Shown here piece after piece: positions 57,449-64,000 of a stretch of DNA of 64,000 nt. The notes beneath the pieces are model-generated. The model was not told the origin of the DNA. It was given only the letters and a program-made list of their open reading frames with translations, and did not search any database. Source of the stretch: an uncultured Verrucomicrobiae bacterium (GTDB taxonomy: Bacteria; Verrucomicrobiota; Verrucomicrobiia; Chthoniobacterales; JAATET01); contig CAVRCI010000001.1 in NCBI GenBank assembly GCA_963719495.1, positions 354,864 to 418,863 of the forward strand, written 5' to 3'. Within the stretch, counting starts at the first letter, position 1. Each line of letters opens with the position of its first letter. The translations under genes and the position numbers were made by a program.

Positions 57449-58672
57449 CTACGCGGGCGCGACCTCGGCCTCCGCGCTCTGCGTCGTCCACGCGGGAAAC
57501 GGATCGCGCAGCCGCGCCTTCCATTCCGCCGGACCGAACGCCATCTCCCGATCGTCGAGCAGGCACCGCCGCAGCTCGGCGAGCATCTCCTCCTTGGGCA
57601 GATCCTGGCCGATGAAGACGAGCTGCTGGCGCCGGTCGCCGTAGGGTTCCTGCCAGTCGGCCATGATCGCTTTCCACGTCTCGTCGTCGTCCGGCCACGT
57701 CGACTTCTCCGCCGCGCCCCACCAGAAACCGACCGGCCGATACTCCGCGCTGCCGCCCGCCTGACTCCACAGCCCGATCATGTCGTGGCGCGTAGCCAGC
57801 CAGAAGTAGCCCTTGCTGCGGAGCAATCCCGCCCATTCCGTGTGGATGAAATCCCAGTAGCGCTTGGGATGAAACGGCCGCCGCGCCCGGAAGACGAAGC
57901 TCCCGATCCCGTATTCCTCGGTCTCGGGCGTGTGCACGTTGTTCAACTCACGCATCCAACCCGCCGAACTTTGCGCCTTCTCCATGTCGAATCGCCCCGT
58001 GTCGAGCACCCGATCGAGCGGCACGCGACCGCGCTCGGACTCGACGATCTCCGCCGCAGGATTCAATCGATGCAGGATGGCGCGCAACTCGTCCCGCTGC
58101 TCGTCACTCACGAGATCCGTCTTGTTGATCACGATCACGTCGGCGAACTCGACCTGATCCGCGAACAGATCCGCGATCGTGCGCTGATCCTCCTCACCGA
58201 GCGCCACTTCCCGATCCAACAACGAATCCGATCCCTCGAAATGCTCCAGGAAGTTCGCCGCGTCGATCACGGTCACCATCGTGTCGAGCCGCGTGATCGT
58301 CTCCAATCCGCGCCCCTCCTCGTCGGCGAACGTGAACGTCTGCGCGACCGGCAGCGGCTCGGAGACGCCCGTGGATTCGATGAGTAGGTAGTCGAACCGC
58401 CCCTCGTCCGCGAGCCGCGTGACCTCCTTCAACAAATCCTCGCGCAGCGTGCAGCAAATGCAGCCGTTCGACATTTCGACGAGCTTCTCCTCGGTGCGGG
58501 AAAGCTCCGCGCCGCCGTCGCGCACGAGCGCGGCGTCGATGTTCACCTCGCTCATGTCGTTCACGATCACCGCGACGCGCATTCCTTCCCGGTTGTTGAG
58601 TACGTGGTTGAGGAGCGTGGTTTTCCCGGCTCCGAGGAAGCCGGAGAGGACGGTGACGGGTAGTTTTTTCAT
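57449..58672 (-). CDS. COG0523 zinc metallochaperone GTPase (ZigA/YciC-like)
   Basis: [60 protein letters not shown]. Confidence 0.96.
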   Translation of the reverse strand: MKKLPVTVLSGFLGAGKTTLLNHVLNNREGMRVAVIVNDMSEVNIDAALVRDGGAELSRTEEKLVEMSNGCICCTLREDLLKEVTRLADEGRFDYLLIESTGVSEPLPVAQTFTFADEEGRGLETITRLDTMVTVIDAANFLEHFEGSDSLLDREVALGEEDQRTIADLFADQVEFADVIVINKTDLVSDEQRDELRAILHRLNPAAEIVESERGRVPLDRVLDTGRFDMEKAQSSAGWMRELNNVHTPETEEYGIGSFVFRARRPFHPKRYWDFIHTEWAGLLRSKGYFWLATRHDMIGLWSQAGGSAEYRPVGFWWGAAEKSTWPDDDETWKAIMADWQEPYGDRRQQLVFIGQDLPKEEMLAELRRCLLDDREMAFGPAEWKARLRDPFPAWTTQSAEAEVAPA

Positions 58673-58714
58673 GTTGATTCAGAGGTTTCGGAAATTCGGT
58701 CGGTGGGAGAAGAC

Positions 58715-58773
58715 GGCTGGCGCGGCGCGACCAGCTCTACCCAATTGGTAGGGAACGTCGCGCCGCGCGTTCC
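58715..58773. repeat. GTAG-type REP inverted pair
   Basis: Near-identical to the unit at 57338. Confidence 0.9.
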
Positions 58774-58780
58774 GTCGCTG

Positions 58781-59458
58781 TCAGCAGGCGCAATCGCCGG
58801 GGAGGTCGATGCAGAGGCGGAGCCGGTGATCGTCGCGGTGGCGGACCGGCGCGCTGCGGTGGACGAGCGCGTTCGCCTCGCCGCCGGGCCAGGCTTTCCC
58901 CTTGAAGACGGCGACGTGCCAATTCGGGATCGAGCGGATGGCGGTCGGATCGACGACGATGGCCGCGTTCGCCTCGTCGAGCGTGCGGTCCCGGCTTCCC
59001 AACTGCTCGCGCCGCACGTTGTCGTTCTCCAACCACTGCGTGCCCGGCCCCGCGTAGAGGCAGAGCAGGCGCACCTCGAGCGTGTCCGCGTGGAAGAGCG
59101 CGCAGCCGTCGTCCTCGACGCGAGCCAGTCGCACGCGCGGATGGCGCTTCGACGTGAGCGCGGCAAAGAGCAGACTCAACCGCACGATGTCGGCCGCGAG
59201 GGCGGCGAAGCTTTCGACGAATCCGACGCTCGCGTTGGCAAATCCAAGTTGCCCGGCGATCTGCCGGGCGGACGGCGCGTGCCAATCGCCCGCGACCGGA
59301 CCGACGGCCGCGAGCAAAGCCGCAATCGCGGGACCGGCGTCCGGCAACGCCTCGCGCTGCCAGACGGCAAGGTTGATCGCGGGATCGCCGATCCGACGGA
59401 GAACGGAGGAGTCCTCCGTCTCGGCCACGTGCGGGGGATGATCGAGGAGAGTGGTCAT
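58781..59458 (-). CDS. DUF1826 family protein
   Basis: INLAVWQR, CALFHAD, RLLCLYAGPGTQW, FKG, LVHRS, RLRLCID. Confidence 0.88.
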   Translation of the reverse strand: MTTLLDHPPHVAETEDSSVLRRIGDPAINLAVWQREALPDAGPAIAALLAAVGPVAGDWHAPSARQIAGQLGFANASVGFVESFAALAADIVRLSLLFAALTSKRHPRVRLARVEDDGCALFHADTLEVRLLCLYAGPGTQWLENDNVRREQLGSRDRTLDEANAAIVVDPTAIRSIPNWHVAVFKGKAWPGGEANALVHRSAPVRHRDDHRLRLCIDLPGDCAC

Positions 59459-60119
59459 GGCTCGGGTCGGAGAAGACGGGATGAAAAACGCTCGGCGGCG
59501 GGGCGCGGCGGTCGCAGATCCGCCGGTCGGCGACGACGCAACCAATCCCGGGGGCGTGGCGTGGAATCCGGATCGGCGACGAACCGCTCCATCCAGTCCA
59601 GCGCGTCGTCGGGCGGGAGCCACGGACGCACCCCCGTGCGGTCGACCAATTGCTCCCAGCAGCGCGACCGATAGTCGGCGCGGGTCGTCGCCCGCACCCA
59701 GCGTTCGTAGCCCGCGACCCAGGCCAGCAGCGGTCGGGCCGCCGGTAGCAGGTCGTCGGGCGCGGCCCCCACGACCGAATCGTAGGTCCCCGGAGGATCA
59801 CCCGGCCCGGCGGACAGGTGTGCAGGCGTTCGCGATTGCGAATGAAGAGCACGCCGTCCGACCCGGCGGGATACCAGCCGATGCAGAAGCTGTGCAGCTC
59901 GATCACACCGCCACCCCATTCCGTCCGGTAGCGACTGCTGCCTTCGCCGCCCACCTCGGTCCGCGGAATCCGCTCCATGCCAAAGGCGACGAGGAGGTTC
60001 CCACCGCGACTCCGCACGTCCGCCCCCCAGAAGACCATCTGCTGCGAGAGACAGCGGCTCGCATCGCGAACGAGGCTGCGACGGCGGGAGCTGGAGCTGG
60101 GTTGGGAAACAGAAAACAT
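59455..60119 (-). pseudogene. Hypothetical protein with an apparent frameshift at about 59800
   Basis: QQMVFWGADV...NLLVAFGMER...SSRY...LHSF in one frame, continuing as LLAWVAGYERWV...YRSRCW in another that ends overlapping the DUF1826 start. Confidence 0.55.
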
Positions 60120-60171
60120 GAGAAATGTCGGCGACGAAACTCGGATCGGCGGAACGCTACTCGGTCAGACA

Positions 60172-60369
60172 ATGATAACGCGTTCGCAGATCGGACGTTT
60201 TTGATAGTGCATTCTCAACTATTCGCAAGAGTTTATTGGAGCCATTATTGGAGCCTTCGGTTCCTGGGATTGCCGAACCGCCCACAACGGGCTGGCGACT
60301 CCGGGACTTCCATTGGATCGCGACGAGTTCCCCGGATCGGCTTCCTCGTAAGTGAGAGTTGCTTCTCAA
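60172..60369. promoter_or_regulatory. Candidate Fur/Zur boxes in the divergent promoter
   Basis: TTGATAGTGCATTCTCAA (60201), GTGAGAGTTGCTTCTCAA (60352), ATGATAACGCGTTCGCAG (60172). Confidence 0.6.
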
Positions 60370-60393
60370 TTCTTATTCGGCTACTCGTCTCCC

Positions 60394-60768
60394 ATGGCCT
60401 ACGCCACCCAACAGAAGCAGGTGATCATGGACATTCTCGAGTCCTCCGACCGACCGCTCACCCCCCCGGAACTGTGCGAAATCGCCCAGCGCGAGCTGCC
60501 TCGCCTCGGAATCGCGACCGTCTACCGGGCCATCAAAGCTTTCTCCGAGGAAGGCATCGTTCGGCTGGTCGATGTGCCCGGCGCCCCCCCGCACTACGAG
60601 CACGCGTCGCGCAAACATCATCACTTTTTCCTGTGTCACGAGTGCAAGCGGCTCTTCGACCTCGTCGGTTGCGTCCGCGGGGTTGCGTCCCTGGCACCGC
60701 CCGGATTCCGCGTCGCGGGACACGAGATCGTCCTCTACGGCGACTGCCCCGAATGCGTCCCGGCCTAA
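60394..60768 (+). CDS. Fur-family regulator, probably Zur
   Basis: TQQKQVI, IATVYRAI, HHHFFLCHEC, YGDCPEC. Confidence 0.92.
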   Translation: MAYATQQKQVIMDILESSDRPLTPPELCEIAQRELPRLGIATVYRAIKAFSEEGIVRLVDVPGAPPHYEHASRKHHHFFLCHECKRLFDLVGCVRGVASLAPPGFRVAGHEIVLYGDCPECVPA

Positions 60769-61619
60769 TGAATCGTTTGAAAACCCTCCTTCGCGCGAGC
60801 TTGGCCGTCCTGGCCCTCGCGAACTCGGCGCTCCAGGCCGACACCGTCCACATTGTCGCGGCCGAGAATTTCTACGGCGGCGTCGCCCAACAAATCGCCG
60901 GGGATGCGGCCCAGGTCACCAGCATTCTCAGCAATCCGAATCAGGATCCGCACGAGTTCACGACCGACGCCGCGACCGCCATGGCCGTCGCCAACGCCGA
61001 CATCGTGATCTACAGCGGCATCGGCTACGACGACTGGATGGAAAAGCTCCTCGGCACGCCGGGCAAACCCGTCCGCGTCGTCATCCAGGTCGCCGAACTC
61101 ATCGGCGCGAAAGCCGGCGACAACCCGCACATCTGGTACAACCCAAAAACCATGCCCGCCCTCGCCGCGAAACTCGCCGACGTTTTGAATCAGCCCGAGA
61201 ACCTTGCGGCCTTCGAGGCGTCATTCGCGCCGCTCACCGACCGGATCGCCAAGATCCGCGCCGCGAAGGCGGGCACCCCGGTGACGGCCACCGAACCCGT
61301 CTTTGGCGACCTGGCCGAGGCGCTCGGGTTCCGGATGGAAAACGAGGCCTTTCAACTCGCCGTCATGAACGACACCGATCCCAGCTTCCAGCAGACGGCG
61401 GATTTCGAAACGAGCCTCACCTCGAAGGCGGTCGAGATCCTCTTCTACAACAGCCAGGTGTCCGACCCCGCCACGGCCCGACTCCAGGCGGTCGCCAAGG
61501 CGCACGACGTCCCCATCGTCGGCGTCACCGAGACGCAGCCGCCCGCCGCGACGAGCTACGTGGACTGGATGCTCACTGAACTCAGCGAGGTCGAAGCCGC
61601 CCTCGGGCTTGGCAATTGA
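60768..61619 (+). CDS. Zn/Mn ABC transporter substrate-binding protein
   Basis: Signal peptide, AAENFYG, DPHEF, NPHIW, VTET. Confidence 0.93.
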   Translation: MNRLKTLLRASLAVLALANSALQADTVHIVAAENFYGGVAQQIAGDAAQVTSILSNPNQDPHEFTTDAATAMAVANADIVIYSGIGYDDWMEKLLGTPGKPVRVVIQVAELIGAKAGDNPHIWYNPKTMPALAAKLADVLNQPENLAAFEASFAPLTDRIAKIRAAKAGTPVTATEPVFGDLAEALGFRMENEAFQLAVMNDTDPSFQQTADFETSLTSKAVEILFYNSQVSDPATARLQAVAKAHDVPIVGVTETQPPAATSYVDWMLTELSEVEAALGLGN

Positions 61620-62410
61620 CCGCTGCCCTCGCCATCGAACAAGCCGGGGTGCGCCTGGGCGGACGCGACATCCTGCTCGGCGTCGACGCCCGCATCGACC
61701 CCGGTGAATTCGTCGGCGTATTCGGGCCGAATGGCTCCGGCAAATCCACCCTCATGCGCTGCCTGCTCGGACTCACGCCGCTCAGCGCGGGGCGGATCGC
61801 GATTTTCGGAGAGGCCCCCGGCGGCCGGGCCAACGCCACCGTCGGCTACATGCCCCAAAGCCGCTCCAGCCTCGAAAGCACCGCGCTCAGCGCCCGCTCG
61901 CTCGTCGCGGCCGTCGCGGGCGGCGACCGCTGGGGCATCCCGTGGCAGAACCGGGCCTCCCGCGATGAAGTCGCCCACGCCATCGAACTGGCCGGTGCCA
62001 CCGGGTATGCCGACCGACCGTTTGCGATCCTCTCCGGCGGCGAAAAGCAGCGCATCACCCTCGCCCAAGCCCTGCTCGGCCGACCTCGCCTCCTCATCCT
62101 CGACGAACCCCTCGCCAGCCTCGACCCCCGCAACCAGATGCGTCTCGTCGAATGCATCCGGGGCGTCCAGGCCACCACCGGAGCGGCGATCCTCTTCATC
62201 GCGCACGACATCAATCCCCTCCTCGGCGCCATGGATCGCGTCCTCTACGTCGCGGGCGGCAGCGCGGCCATCGGCCCGGTGGACGACATCGTCTCCAGCG
62301 AATCGCTCAGCGCCCTCTACGGCACGGCGATCCACGTCGTCCGCGCCGAGGGCAGAATTTTTATCGTTGCAGCCGAAGGCAGCGTCACCGAATCCGCCCG
62401 TCATGATTGA
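61616..62410 (+). CDS. Metal ABC transporter ATP-binding protein
   Basis: GPNGSGKST, GYMPQ, LSGGEKQR, LDEPLA, AHD. Confidence 0.94.
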   Translation: MTAALAIEQAGVRLGGRDILLGVDARIDPGEFVGVFGPNGSGKSTLMRCLLGLTPLSAGRIAIFGEAPGGRANATVGYMPQSRSSLESTALSARSLVAAVAGGDRWGIPWQNRASRDEVAHAIELAGATGYADRPFAILSGGEKQRITLAQALLGRPRLLILDEPLASLDPRNQMRLVECIRGVQATTGAAILFIAHDINPLLGAMDRVLYVAGGSAAIGPVDDIVSSESLSALYGTAIHVVRAEGRIFIVAAEGSVTESARHD

Positions 62411-63227
62411 GCAGATCGCGGGCTACCTCGCCTACGACTTCGTGCGCAACGCCCTCGTGGCCGGGTCGCTGGCCGGAATCCTCGGCGCGATCGTCGGGTA
62501 TTTTGTCGTGCTCCGACAGGTCAGCTTTGCCGCCCACGCCCTCGCCCACATCGGCTTCACCGGGGCCACTGGCGCGGCCCTTTTCGCCCTCAGCCCGCTG
62601 GAAGGCATGCTCATCATCTCCGTGCTCGCCGGCGCGGTGATGGGTGGCTCGGGCGACCGCCTCCACCGCAGCGAAATGGCCATCGGCATGGTGCTCTCCC
62701 TCTGCCTCGGCGTCGGCACCCTGTTTCTCGCGCTTTACAAAGGATTCGCCGGACAGGCCACCGCCATCCTGTTCGGCAACATCTTCAGCGTATCGCACGA
62801 GCAGATCCTGCAAACCCTCGTGCTCGCGGCCCTCAGTCTCGGAGCCCTGCTCCTCATCTCTCGGAAACTCTTCTTCGCCAGCGTGCAGCCCGATCTGGCC
62901 GAAGCCCGCGGCGTGCCGCTCGTGATTTTGTCCATCGCCTTCATGGGGATCCTCGCCGTTTCCGTGACGCTCGCCAGCCAGGTCGTCGGCATTCTCCTCG
63001 TCTTCACGCTCATCATCGGCCCCGCCGGCATCGCGTCCCGGGTCTGCCGGACGCTCTGGACCGGCCTCACCGCCTCGGTCGCGATTTCGCTCTTCTCGGT
63101 CTGGACCGGCATTCTCCTCGCCTGCGCCACGAATTGGCCACCCAGCTTTTGGATCACGGCCATCCTGTTTTTGCTGTATCTCTTCACCGAAGGCATCTGC
63201 CGCTTCGTCCTTCGGAACGAGCGATAA
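62403..63227 (+). CDS. Metal ABC transporter permease
   Basis: GYFVVLR...HALAHIGF, LFGNI, AEARG, VGILLV. Confidence 0.93.
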   Translation: MIEQIAGYLAYDFVRNALVAGSLAGILGAIVGYFVVLRQVSFAAHALAHIGFTGATGAALFALSPLEGMLIISVLAGAVMGGSGDRLHRSEMAIGMVLSLCLGVGTLFLALYKGFAGQATAILFGNIFSVSHEQILQTLVLAALSLGALLLISRKLFFASVQPDLAEARGVPLVILSIAFMGILAVSVTLASQVVGILLVFTLIIGPAGIASRVCRTLWTGLTASVAISLFSVWTGILLACATNWPPSFWITAILFLLYLFTEGICRFVLRNER

Positions 63228-63263
63228 CCCCCTTAACCAAACCAAAAAAAAGACACCCACACC

Positions 63264-63725
63264 ATGAGCACGACCATCGACACCTTCCTCGCCAGCCATC
63301 CCAGAGCCGCCGCGAAGATCGAACACGCCATTCTCGACTACAAACACGCCCGGAACGACCTCGCTCACGCCGTCGAGGACCTCCAACACGCCAAACAGGA
63401 CACCGCCCACGCGATCCAGGACTTCGATCACCTCATCAACGATTTCGAGCACGCCCTCGCGGATTGGGAAGCCGGCGGCAAACAGGCTGCCCACGCCGAG
63501 AAGGACTACGAACACGCCACCGCCGACAAAGCTCACGCCGTCGGCGACCTCGAGCACGCGCTCAAAGACATCCACCACGCCCTCGCCGATTTCAAACACG
63601 CGACCCGCGACCTCAAACACCTCGACGAAGACCTCGAAGCTGTCATCGCGATGGCCAAGCAGGCCGACGTCGGAATCGCGATCAGCGAATTAAAAGCGCA
63701 CGTCATCGCCGAGGCTAAAAGCTGA
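63264..63725 (+). CDS. His/Asp heptad-repeat helical protein, putative metal binding
   Basis: Fourteen heptads H-(A/L)-x-x-D-x-x in two blocks of seven; host-like codons; 36 bp after the permease. Confidence 0.85.
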   Translation: MSTTIDTFLASHPRAAAKIEHAILDYKHARNDLAHAVEDLQHAKQDTAHAIQDFDHLINDFEHALADWEAGGKQAAHAEKDYEHATADKAHAVGDLEHALKDIHHALADFKHATRDLKHLDEDLEAVIAMAKQADVGIAISELKAHVIAEAKS

Positions 63726-63749
63726 ACCGAGCGACGTGTATCCCCCTGC

Positions 63750-64000
63750 CGACCAGCCCTACCGGGTAGGGAACGTCGCGCCGCGCGTTCCCTCACTTTC
63801 TCACCGAACGACCCGACAAGCAGGGAACCCCCGGGCCCACCCTCGGGGTCAGTCCATACCTTTGTCACATTGGAGTAGCACGGACCCTCCGATTGACCCC
63901 TCCGACCTCCGAGACGACCCGACGGTAGACCGAGCGTCCCCCGTCATCGAAGTCGGCTGGCGCGGCGCGACCAGCCCTACCAATCTGATAGGGAACGTCG
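63750..64000. repeat. GTAG-type REP pairs (63750-63791 and 63955 to the window end)
   Basis: GACCAGCCCTACCGGGTAGGGAACGTCGCGCCGCGCGTTCC and GGCTGGCGCGGCGCGACCAGCCCTACC. Confidence 0.88.

Noticed and set aside
59451..60767. 722-aa ORF read as a giant substrate-binding protein
   Set aside because: Only the part from ATG 60768 is SBP-like; the upstream part overlaps the Fur-family gene and the promoter.
1..64000. tRNA, rRNA or riboswitch genes
   Set aside because: None were recognisable by eye; a covariance-model scan would be needed to exclude small RNAs.

Overview
GC-rich bacterial chromosomal window, probably Verrucomicrobiota (inferred from the murC-murB fusion, the RpoA N-terminus MPVRLGRFEMP and the style of FtsZ). 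In order it contains: (1) the end of the dcw cluster (murC-murB fusion, ddl, ftsQ, ftsA, a divergent ftsZ) and clpB; (2) an accessory island at about 9.4-18.1 kb in which four consecutive gene junctions each carry a copy of one 36-40 bp palindrome, separating a SWIM-SNF2 helicase, a PaaX-like protein, a primase-helicase-DUF559 fusion and an ABC-type ATPase, and ending in an integron-type tyrosine integrase; (3) a DinG-like helicase, rsmI, lptE, bamD, a complete ISKra4-like IS and an isolated rpoA-rplQ pair; (4) a kinase-like/PP2C/MoxR operon, glutamine synthetase II with a sigma54-type promoter, pheA, prfC, a serine hydrolase with a triplicated 3' end, gpsA, plsY, msrB, rlmH and mscS; (5) a general-stress and glycosyltransferase block; (6) a zinc-starvation locus (COG0523 GTPases, variant hisI, DUF1826, FeoB-like protein, Zur, ZnuABC-like transporter) ending in a small protein built from 14 exact His-x3-Asp heptads. 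Several REP-like hairpin families and 7-nt tandem repeats occupy intergenic space. The two best candidates for undescribed systems are the palindrome-delimited gene array beside the integrase and the His/Asp heptad protein. All assignments are from motif recognition by eye; no searches were run.
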